Positions 51,236-62,030 of a DNA stretch of 64,000 bases are shown here, one piece after another. The notes beneath the pieces are model-generated. The model was not told the DNA's origin, made no database searches, and saw only the letters and a program-made list of their open reading frames with translations. A program made the position numbers and the translations under genes. This stretch comes from Mobula hypostoma (taxonomy: Eukaryota). How positions within the stretch are numbered: the first letter of the stretch is position 1; each line of letters starts with the position of its first letter. The stretch is taken from positions 17,052,001 through 17,116,000 of the forward strand of contig NC_086118.1 in the NCBI RefSeq assembly GCF_963921235.1, in the 5' to 3' direction.

Positions 51236-52473
51236 CTAGACAACAGAGTGACCCGTTGGGACACCCTTTGAGAGAAGGGTAGTGCAGTCTGATGTGACCA
51301 GAAGGAACGTTAAATTTTCCTGAATGCTATTGGTATCACTTTGCTTTGGAAACTGAAGTAGAAAACCTCAGTTTATTAAAGAAGAACGGCGTGTAGCAAA
51401 GCAAATATACGTCCACCTCGTTTAACAAAGGACACTTTTGATGGCATAATTTCTGGTTTACCAGTCATCCTTGTGCCTCTCGTTGTCATTCTGGAGACAT
51501 GCAGTCCTTTCATCCCCCGTCTCTTCATCTCTTCTGCTGTTTGTTCTTTGTCTCTGATCTTGGAGAAGTGCACTTCTCAGCTCCTTTGTCTCTTCCTCTC
51601 TCCTCCTTCTGTGCCTGTTTTTGTCATTCTGGAGATGTGCAGTCCTCTCATCCCCCGTCTCTTCATCTCTTCTGCTGTTTGTCATTTGTCTCTGATCCTG
51701 GAGACGTGCATGCCTCTCCTCCTCTGTCTCTTTTTCTCTCATCTTTTTTTGTCCTGACTCTTTGATCCTGGAGTAGTGCGGCCCTGGTCTCATCCGATTC
51801 TTGTTCTCTCCCTCTCCTTGCCACTTCCCGACGATGTTTGGTGTCATCCCTTGAGGAAAATGTTCCCCTTCCTTTTCCGCACGGCATAATTAGGCTGACC
51901 ATTTTTTTTTTACCCTAATGCTGGATAGAAGATACGAAGCACGAACACCAAGGGATGCTGACTATTCTTGATGTGGTTGGTGCTCTCCTAAATGGATGTG
52001 ATATAGTCACCGCTGTTCTCTGACTGCAGCAAAGGGTTTTATGGGTGTCTCGGAGTACGTCATTGCAATAAGATTTAACTATCTCTTATTGATGGGTGGC
52101 AGTTAGATCTGTCCCAATCCTGCACATGCTGGTGGTGATGAGCAGAATGTGACCCCTCGAAATAGAGCTGCCCTGCCCTTTTGCTCCGGTAGGTGTCGCT
52201 GTTGAGACTGGCTGTGCGCATGTGTCGGGCTGTCGCGTCCCAATTTCCATGATGGCCGATCGGGTCTCGGGTGAAAGCCAGCCTGTTGATTTTTGGTGAA
52301 TGAGCAATTTTATATGAATATATAACCCTGAACTTTGCCTGGATTGTGTAAGTTAGCGCATTTTAATTCGATTTAGCCAAAAAAAAGCCGCTGTAATGCA
52401 CCGTTTGTGGTATTTGGAGGTCACAAACAGACAAACGGACAGTCAGAACATGAGAGTTTTGGTAGTATATAGA
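51236..52473 (-). mobile_element. Non-autonomous Helitron (1238 bp) carrying an STPR-like repeat ORF
   Basis: Minus strand A|TCTATATACTACC...GGGTGTCCC-aac-GGGTCACTC hairpin (51246-51266), tgttgt, CTAG|T; A|T target with no TSD; flanks join into a CR1-like 3' UTR. Confidence 0.9.
51458..51902 (-). pseudogene. Frameshifted ORF with five 23-aa E(T/S)-initiated repeats (STPR-like)
   Basis: ESDETRAALLQDQRVRTKKMREK / ETEEERHARLQDQRQMTNSRRDE / ETGDERTAHLQNDKNRHRRRREE / ETKELRSALLQDQRQRTNSRRDE / ETGDERTACLQNDNERHK; frameshift in a homopolymer at about 51745. Confidence 0.75.
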
Positions 52474-54605
52474 TTGTAGGGGGAAAAGTTTGCAGGATTA
52501 CACAGAAAAACGTGGAGGGGTGAGGTTGTGTGAATTGCTTTACGAAAAAGTAGGCACAGGCACAACGAGGCAACTAGACTGCTGCTTTACTACATGATCA
52601 CTTAAAATGTTTCTTATAGGTGCCCTTTCTGATGAAGTAAGCTGTGAAAAATACAACAGTGTTCTGTTCAGCCACCTCAGCAAATACAGAGATTACATCA
52701 AAACTAACAAAATGAAGTTCAGAATTTTAGACAAAGGAGATATCCCCCTTCCAAATATAACAGTCTGGAAAATACAGTTAATCATGAACAGCTATTTTCA
52801 CAAATAAAAAAAGTGAGCAATATAGTTTGTTCCCACATTTGTTCCCCGGAGCTCTGATTTCATTGGCAATGGAGATCCACTTCATTGATGCATGAAAATG
52901 GCATTAATTTTCTTTTTGTCATTACATTGCCAATCACTGTAAGTGTGAAACTGTTAACTACATTTAGATAAATCAAGTTAATTACATTAAATTAGCTTGA
53001 CATGGTAGTGATGTTGGCAAATGACACACTTGTTTAATTTGTACCTTTAGGTAATCAATGCATCACAGCATACCCTTGGACGAAATGGTTACAACTTGGA
53101 ATCACATATCTTACCAGAATTAGCTTTTAAAGACAGATCTCCAACTGAAGCTTCTTCAATCTCCCTGTCTGCCCAAGTAACTGCAAAATATTTGAAGGAG
53201 GACATGAAGTTTAACATTCTGGAATTGTCTTACCTTTTCAAAATAATCCATTCATATTTTCACCAACATATCTTGGAAATAAAACAGAACAGAATGTTCT
53301 CAGAAATAAAATATAAATTTGTTTTTCTTTGCTTCTAAAGTTTACTTTTTCCAGTGTTCACTCAAGTTGACAGCAAAATTAATTGTAATGTTTGAGACCA
53401 CTACAAGTGCAGGCATAGTTCTACATTTTCCACTTTATAGCAAAGGCACAGGTAAGCAACATAGTTTGCTCTATATACCAAGGTCTGGGTATGATCTCCG
53501 GAGAGCCATTTCAAGGGCAAAATGGCAATTCCGGACCAAACTTGAATCAACAACGGATGCTTCAGAGTGGCGGCAGAGCTTGGATACTCTTATGAACTTC
53601 ATATATTTTAAATCAAGCAACATAGGAGACAGCAGGCTTCGCTTCCAGATAAGCTCAATGCTTTCTATACTCACTTTGACCATCAGGACATGGAGAAAAC
53701 ATCATAAACTCCCCGATTGATCCCAGTCTCTGAAGCTGACGTGCAACCAGCCTGGAGGAGGGCGAACCCACAAAAAGCATCCGGGGTCGACGGCATGCAC
53801 GGCAAACTACTAGGTACTTGTGCTGATAAACTGGCTTGTGTCTTCACTATACTTTTCACCTCTCTCTTTGGCAGTGTGTGGTACCCAGCTGCTTCAAGCA
53901 GGCTTCAATTATATCGGTGCCCAAGAAGAGCGTGAAGATCTGTCTCAATGGCTATTGCTCTGTATCACTTACATCCACAGTGATGAAGTGCTTTGAGAGA
54001 TAGGTGATGAAACACAACAACTACTGCCTCAGGAGCTACTTTGCAACAGGTCCACAGCAGATGCCATCTCGCTGGCTCTTCACTCAACCCTGGAACATCT
54101 GGACAACAAAGATGCATACATTACGATGCTCTTTATTGACTATAGTTCAGCATTCGATACCATTATCACCTTAAAAACTAATCAATAAGCTCCAAGATCT
54201 TGGCCTCAATACCTCCTTGTGCAATTACAGTGGCATGCAAAAGTTTGGGCAGCCCTGGTCAAAATTTCTGTTACTGTAAATAGTTAACTGAGTAGCAGAT
54301 GAACTGATCTCCAAAAGTCATAAAGCTAAAGATGAAACATTCTTTTCAACACTTTAAGCAAGATTAGTGTATTATTTTTGTTTTGTACGATTTTAGAGTG
54401 AAAAAAGGAAAGGAGCACCATGCAAAAGTCGGGCACCCCAAGAGCTTTGAGCTCTCAGATAACTTTTACCAAGGACTCAGACCTTAATTAGCTTGTTAGG
54501 GTTATGGCTTGTTCACAGTTATTGTTAGGAAAGGCCAGGTGATGCAAATTTCAAAGCTTTATACATACCCTGACTCCTCAAACATTGTCCCAACAATCAG
54601 CAGCC

Positions 54606-55533
54606 ATGGGCTCCTCTAAGCAGCTGCCTAGCACTCTGAAAATTAAAATAAATGATGCCCACAAAGCAGAAGGATATAAGAAGATAGCAAAGCATTTTCA
54701 GGTAGATGTTTCCTCAGTTCGTAATGTAATTAAGAAATGGCAGTTAACAGGAATGGTGGAGGTAAAGTTGAGGTCTGGAAGACCAAGAAAACTTTCTGAG
54801 AGAACTGCTCATAGGATTGCTAGAAAGGCAAATCAAAACCCCCATTTGACTGCAAAAGATCTTCAGGAAGGTTTATCAGACTCTGGAGTGGTGGTTCACT
54901 GTTCTACTGTGCAGCGACACCTGCACAAATATGATCTTCATGGAAGAATCATCAGAAGAAAACCTTCCCTGCGTCCTCACCACAAAATTCAGTGTCAGAA
55001 GTTTGCAAAGGAACATCTAAACAAGCCCGATGCATTTTGGAAACAAGTCCTGTGGACTGATGAAGTTAAAATAGAACATTTTGGCCACAATGAACAAAGG
55101 TATGTTTGGAGAAAAAAGGGGAACATTTCACTGGTAGAGGGAAGAATGAATTCAATTAATTACCAGTAAATCCTAGAATCAAACATCACAGCGTCAGTAA
55201 AAAAAGCTGAAGATAAAATGAGGATGGGTTCTACAACAGGATAATGATCCTAAACACACTTCAAAATCCACAATGGACTACCTCAAGAGGTGCAAGTTGA
55301 AGGTTTTGCCATGGCCCTCACAGTCCCCCAACCTAAACATCATCGAAAATCTGTGGATAGACCTCAAAAGAGCAGTGCATGCAAGACTGCCCAAGAATCT
55401 CACAGAACTAGAAGCCTTTTGCAAGGAAGGATGGGCAAAAATCCCCCAAACAAGAATTGAAAGACTCTTAGCTGGCTACAGAAAGTGTTTACAAGCTGTG
55501 ATACTTGCCAAAGGGGGTGTTACTAAGTACTGA
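54606..55533 (+). pseudogene. Tc1 transposase, disrupted
   Basis: GYKKIAK, SGRPRK, LWTDE, QDND-x34-E (PNLNIIE); stops, a frameshift and an internal deletion after VWRKKG. Confidence 0.93.
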
Positions 55534-55627
55534 CCATACAGTGTACCAAAACTTTTGCTTTGGGCCCTTTTCCTTTTTGTTATTTTGAAACTATAAAAGC
55601 TGGAAATAAAAAAATATTCGTGCTTAT

Positions 55628-58600
55628 TTGTAGAATACACCTTCTGGTGCTACTTGGACACATCTTCAGTGATGAACCCGGGGTCATAGGGTATTTCAGG
55701 TCTTTGATCATCAGACAACCTCGACTGGGTGACCCAGCCAGGGGTGATCAGCCCCCGACTTGGGTCCAAGGGTCGCACTAATCTGCGGATCCCCCCTCCG
55801 GATCCACAGCCACCGCGAGGCCTTTTCAGCAGCCTCCAGAATGTTCTTGGTGGCTCTTCTGCACTGCAGTCCTTTAACTCCAAGGAGTTTTAGAGTCCGC
55901 TGAAATGAATGGCCAGCAAAGCCCCAGCACCCAACTTCGACTGGCTCACAGCGAGCTCTCCAGCCATTGCTCCAGCATTCTGCAACAAGATCTGTGTATT
56001 TAGCCCTCTTGCGCTCGTTGGCCTTTTCAATCCGGTCTTCCCAGGGGACAGTAAGTTCCAGCAGGACCACTTGCTTTGTAGACTCCGATATTAACACCAT
56101 GTCCGGGCAGAGCAGAGTGGCTGCGATGTTCTCTGGGAACTTGAGCTGCCTCCCTAGGTCGACTTGGAGCTGCCAGTCTCGTGCAGTGGCAAGAAGCCCT
56201 CCCGAGGTGCTAGACTGATGTTGAGCTTTCTCCCCTGCTCTAATAAAAGTGATGGACTGTTTAGGGGCATGCTGATTTTCGCTGTCTTGAATCGCTGACC
56301 TTAGGACTTGGTCATGGCGCCAGCAGTATCGCCCTTCCCCCAATGCCTTCGAGCAGCAACTTAGTATATGCTCCAAGGTGCCCCTCTTCTGGCACAGTTG
56401 GCATGCAGGAGTGTTTACCATGCCCCACCTGTGCAGGTTGGCCAGGCTTGGGAGAACGTCAAAGACTGATTGGATGAGAAAATTGATGCGCAATGGTTCA
56501 GCTCTCCAGAGCTTTGTCCAGGTGAACTTGCGAGGTTCCGCATGTTCCCATCTAGTCCAGGCGCCTTGTTTGTACATAGCGACCATCTTGCTGTATCATT
56601 CTTCCTCCACTTCTGCTTGTATCTCGTTCTGAACCAGTTGACGCTTCTCCTTTCCATGGGTTTTGTCGTAGCGTGGTTTGGAAAAACAGCCCAATCCCAT
56701 CGCCACAGTGCCCACCAAAATGTTGTGCTGCAGCCGTGCCTCTGCTCTGTCGACAGCTTCCTGTGCCTGCCACTTCCTTCTGGTCTTTACACGGATTCCT
56801 GCCGAAGCGACTTTAACATCAGAGGAGTCTCAGTACATCATAGCCTCCCTGGCTCGAGTGACTTTGAATTCCTCTGATAGGCCGCTGATGGGGAGCTGCA
56901 GCTTGGTGGAATGCCCATACAGGTCAATGCTACTCAAGGTCCGGGGGAGACCCAACCACCTCTGGAGAAACTGACTGATAGTCTTCTCTGGAGCCTCCAC
57001 TGTTCACATTGGCACTTCGTAGACTAGAAGGGGCCAGAGTAGTCTTGGCAGGACTCCGTGTTGGTACATCCAGGCTTTGAATTTTCCTGGAAGCCCCGAT
57101 TTGTCAATCACGGTGAGCCAGGTTATCAAGTTGCTCCTGGTTTGTTGAAGTGCGGCTGTGTCCTTCAAGGATCTGTCGAAGATCTTGCCCAGGCTCTTGA
57201 CAGGTTTTTCTGTCACCGTTGGAATCTGGACCCCTCCCAGGGTAAAGCGGAACTGGTCGGCCACTCTTCCCTTCTTCAGGACCAGAGACCTGGATTTGGC
57301 TGATTTAAAGCTCATTCTTACCCATGGGATGAGCCGTTCCAGGCCTTGAAGGAGCCATCTGCACCCAGGGACAGATGATGCCATCACCGTCAGGTCGTCC
57401 ATGAATGCTCTTATGGGGGGCTGCCGAGTACCAGATTTAGACATGAGGCCTCTACATTCCACCTCCACTGACTTGATAATCATGTTCATGGCCAACAAGA
57501 AGAGTGACACCGAGATTGTGTAGCCAGTGATTATGCCCTTCTCCAGCCGATGCCAGGTGGATGTTAGTGACCCTGAGGAGACTCTCAACCTGAAGTTGCT
57601 GTAATACTCCAGAATGAGATTTACGGTCATCTCTGGAACATGGTGCCTTGTCAGTGCTGTTTCAATGAGCCTGTGTGGGATGGATCCATAGGTGTTGGTT
57701 AGGTCTAGCCAGAGTGCTGCAAGGTCTCCTCTGTTCTCCCTTGGCTCCCAAAGCAGCTAGGTCACCACTCCTATGTGCTCTAGGCATCCAGGTACTTCTG
57801 GGACTTCCCCCTTCTGTACTGAGGTGTCTATGTATCCATTCTTCAAGAGGAACTCAGTTAAACATTGGGCGACAATCTTGAAGATCTTCCCTTCAACGCT
57901 GAGCAGCGAGATAATACAAAACTGCTTGATGTTGCTTGAATCCTCTTCTTTTGGTATCCAGACACCCTCTGCGTGCCTCCACTGAGCAGCGACCTTTGCT
58001 CTCTGCCAGGTCACCTTTAAGATCTTCCAGAGTCACATAAGGAGCCTTGGGCACTGCTTGTAGACTTTGTAAGGCACTCCGCTGGGGCCAGGGGCAGAAC
58101 TTGCTCTTGCTGCTTTGACTGCTTCTTTGACCTCCTTCAGGGTGGGTTCAGAGAAGTTGAGTTGGGTCGCTGGTTCTGAAGGTGTCACCAGTGCCTCACA
58201 CGGGCCGAGGTCCTGCTCTCTCGAGGTGTCACTGAAAGTGTTACTGAGATGGTGGTTTATCTCCACTACAGAACAAGTGAGGTGGCCACTTCGCTTCTGT
58301 CCTAGTACTCTCTTGCTGAAGCTGAAGGGATTGGTAATGAAAGCACTGCGCTTTCGGGCCCTCTCCTTGCCCTTCCTTCGGTGCCACTCAGCCTACTTGA
58401 GTGTGATGAGCCTCTTCCTGATGATATCTGTGAGGTCTGACAGGGCAGTTTTTCCTCCTCCTTGGCCAACTTAAATTGGCACTTCTGAGATTTGAGTACT
58501 TGTCTCAGCTGGTTGACCTGTTCCCACCGGTTTGGACTCACTGGATTACTTGTTCCATGCTTTTCCTTGATGCCAAACCGTTCTGAGCCTATGCTCATTA

Positions 58601-59238
58601 TGAGGGTGCACATAGTCCAGAGTTTCTTGTCAGCATTGCCCTTCGGTATCGCCTCCAGAATCTTGTCTACATCCTCATCCAACTGGAGCCACTCCTTCTT
58701 GTTAGCGGCAGGCAACTTCACCTGACGCTGTTCCGACTTCCTGCTTATTGGGGGGACTTGGGTTGCTTGCAGGTTCCGGGCACTGTGGGGTGACTCCAGG
58801 CCAGGCTCCTCCTCCGTCTGACCAGGTTCTGTAGTCAGTACCACAGAGCTTGTAGTACTAGCTACATCACTTGTTTCCTCCTCAAGGAGGCCATCTTTGC
58901 CTGGTGGATCTTCAGACCTCTCAGGTTTTTGCACACCCTGCCGCAGATACAGACTACGCTCATAGTCAATTGTCCATTTGCTTGAGTCATTGCCAATAAG
59001 TCCGTCTAATTGGGATGTTCATCCTCCCCACCTCTCGGGCATCCCTGGGGGTATGCTTCAGAAGGGTACTCCGTAGCTTGTTTTGGGTGCTTCCTCACAG
59101 GAGCTGCAGTTCGGGGTGCTGGGCCTTGCTGCCCTGTTTGCCCTCTTTCCGCGCTGTCTGCTGTCTCTCCAGCCATCACCATTCTACTCATAGTTGTTAA
59201 CCAGACTTTTCTGGAGGTCACTGACTGAGCCAGATGTG
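55628..59238 (-). mobile_element. HERO-clade (R2 group, RLE-encoding) non-LTR retrotransposon, apparently full length, degenerate
   Basis: N-terminal CICGRVCKNLRGLKIH zinc finger; SAPGPSGVPYKVYK; FMDD; CQLC..LEHILSCC; WRHD; PDMV..LELTVPWE..KRAKY. Confidence 0.92.
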
Positions 59239-59450
59239 GTTGTTGTAGAATACACCTTCTGGTGCTACTTGGACACGTCTTCAGTGATGAGCCCGGGGTC
59301 ATAGGGTGTTTCGGGTCTTTAATCGTCAGGCAACCTTGAACGGGCGACCCAGCCGGGGGTGATCAGCTCCCGACTTGTGTTCAAGTGGCACACTAATCCA
59401 CGGAACCCCCTCCAAATCCACAGCCACCGTGAGGCCTTTTCAGCAGCCTC
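59239..59450 (-). mobile_element. Second HERO 3'-end copy directly upstream of the full-length element
   Basis: 59243-59450 aligns with 55628-55836 (about 25 differences by hand count); ends in ctacaacaac. Confidence 0.93.
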
Positions 59451-61231
59451 TCGGTGTCATCTTTTACTCGCTTAGCTATTCACAGTAACAGAAATTTTGA
59501 CCGGGGTGCCTAAACCTTTGCAGGCCACTGTAGATCCTGGATTTCCCCACTTGCAGACTCCAGTCAGTCCAAATTGGCAACGACATCTCCTCTACAATCT
59601 CCATTGCTCTACCTGCCTTATACTTATGACTGCGTGGCTAAACACAGCTCCAATGCCATATTCAAATTTGCTGATGACACCACTGTTGCAGGCTGAATCA
59701 ATGGTGGTGCTGAATCAGTAGATTGGAAATCTGGCTGAGTGGTGTCATAACAACAGCTTCTTACTCAATGTCAGCAAGACCAAGGAGCTGATTATAGACC
59801 TCAGGAGGAGGAAACCAGAGGTCCATGAGCCAGTCTTCATTGGAGGATCAGAGGTGGAGAGGGATTGAAACTTTAAATTCCTAAATGTTATTATTTCAGA
59901 GGTCCTGCTCTGGGCCAAGTACGCAAGTGCAATTACAAAGAAAGCACAACAGTGCCATTACTTCCTTAGGAGTTTGCGGAGATTTGGAATTACATTTAGG
60001 ACTTTGACAAACTTGCATAAATGTGAACTGGAGAGTATTCAGACTGGCAGCATCACAACCTGGTATAGAAACACCAATGCCCTTGAATGGAAAATCCTAC
60101 AAGAGTCATGGATCCATCCTAGTCCATCACGAGTAAAGCTCTGCCCATTATTGAGCACATCTACGTAGCGCACTGTTGCTGGAAAGCAGCACCCATCACC
60201 CGGGATCCCCATCACCCAGAGCATCCTTTCTTCTTGCTGCTGCCATCAAGGTGGTACAACAGCCTCAGGACTCACAGTACCAGGTTCAGGAACAGTTAAT
60301 ACACCTAAATCATCTGCCTCTCGAACCACAGGGTTTACTTCATTCAACTTCACTTGAACCATCACAGAATTGTTCCAACAACCAAGGGATTCACTTTCGA
60401 GGACTCCTCATCTCATGTTATTGATATTTATTTCTTATTTATTCATTATTTTTTTTTCCACATTTGTATTCGTAAGTTTGTTGCATTTTGCACATTGGTT
60501 GTTTGTCCATCCTGTTGGGTGTGGTCTTTCATTGATTCTATTATGGTTCTTGGATTTACTGAGTATGCCTACAAGAAAACAAATCTCAGGGTCGTATATG
60601 ATGACATATATGTACTTAGTTAATAAATTTACTTTGAACTTTAACATAGTTCTAGCAACTGATTTCCAGTGCAGGAGATCAATGGTTTCTGATAAAGGAG
60701 GTATGAGTTTTTCCTAACTTGCATTTTCTCTATTAAGGATTCAGCCAGAAAAAAATGTGAAGCCTTCTCTCCAATATCTAAATTCAAGATACCCACCAAC
60801 ACATCCTGGAGTAACAGTAAACAATCACTAGGAGGTATCAGCATGCGCCTGGTGTAAGAGTACTAGCTCCCAGTGAAATTGGGTCTTCTTGCCAAGGTAG
60901 ACCATCGAACATGCAGCAATAAACAGGCCACTTGAAGATGGCCTGCTGTTTGTATTAAATGCAATGAGTGCAAGTTAACTTTGCATCATTTTTCAGAACT
61001 ATCCAAAAAAGGCTGTAAGAGATTAAGTCAGTGGAAAGAATTTGGAAGTTAAATTTCAGCACAAGTTTGGGCCATCCTTCTTGGACCATGATTACATAGA
61101 TTGCACAGAACAGTCTTGGAACAATGGGCATTTCAAGAAAGTTAGATGTTCATAACATGAATCACTGAAATTCTGTAATTTTTTTAAAAAGTGATTCAAA
61201 TGTCAGCTTACAAATATAGGGCTAAATAATA

Positions 61232-62030
61232 CAGTGCCTTGAAGCATAACAACTAGTTTCAAATTTTACTGTCTCATTTTATAAATCTAACTAGTTTCAA
61301 ATTTTACTGTCTCATTTTATAAATCTAACTAGTTTCAAATTTTACTGTCTCATTTTATAAATCTAAAGTCAGGATTTTTTGAGCTAATCTACAAAATACA
61401 TCATGTCAAATCAAAAGAATAATTCCAAAACCCATCAATAATTTATTAAGTTAAAAACCAAAATTGTGAGGCTGAAAAAGTATTCATCCCCTTGTAATTG
61501 CTATGCTGACTTTTCTCAGGTGCAATAGTACCTTAACAACTCACCTAATTTGTTGATGTAGAAAACTGGAAGATCACCTGTTTTCAATTAATTCATAGCC
61601 CCTCTCTCTGGAAGGTCAATTGCATGGCAGATTTTCACACACCAAACCAAAATAATGGCAAAAGAGCATTCAAGTCAAGGAAATGATAATAGAGAAGCAC
61701 AAATTTGGGGAAGGGTACAACATCCTCTCAAAGGCACTGAATAAACTTGGAGCTAGTGCAGTCCATCATGAAAAAGTGGAAAAAATATGAAACCACAGCC
61801 ACACTGTCTAGGTCATGCCATTCCTCTAAACCTGATCACCAGAGAAGAATGGCACTTGTAAGAGAAGCTACTGTGATGCTAACAGCCATTTTAAGTGAGC
61901 TGCAACTGTCAGTAGCTTCAACTGGAGTTGAAATTCATAGCTCCACAATCTTTAAGGCCTTGCACAAAAAAAGGGTATTTATGGAAGAGTGGAAAGGAAA
62001 AAGCCCTGGCTAAAAAGTAAAAGCACGTGA
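61232..62030 (+). mobile_element. Second Tc1-like transposon: left end and transposase N-terminus
   Basis: TA|CAGTGCCTTGAA; inner repeat aaaagtattcatcccc; GEGY, VQSIMKKWKKYETT..RMALVREAT; cut by an RTE. Confidence 0.8.
61251..61364. repeat. Perfect 38-bp x3 tandem repeat
   Basis: aactagtttcaaattttactgtctcattttataaatct at 61251, 61289 and 61327. Confidence 0.97.

Larger units (their letters stand above)
54228..59530 (+). mobile_element. Tc1/mariner DD34E transposon (IR/DR type), defective, with HERO inserted in the right TIR
   Basis: TA|CAGTGGCATGCAAAAGTTTGGGCA ... TGCCTAAACCTTTGCAGGCCACTG|TA; inner direct repeat at about 54419-54440. Confidence 0.96.
53478..60643 (+). mobile_element. Rex1/Babar LINE split by Tc1 (pieces 53478-54227 and 59531-60643)
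   Basis: YDLRRAISRAK, ANPQKASGVDG, gtgatgaagtgctttgagag, [17 protein letters not shown] across the Tc1, KFADD, LNVSKTKE; tail aataaatttactttgaacttt. Confidence 0.9.

Noticed and set aside
55690..55720. CTGATGA...GAAA in the HERO 3' end as a canonical hammerhead
   Set aside because: I could not form stem II or stem I in the required arrangement; kept only as part of an unknown structure.
61251..61364. CRISPR-length 38-bp repeats
   Set aside because: No spacers, head-to-tail, eukaryotic transposon context.
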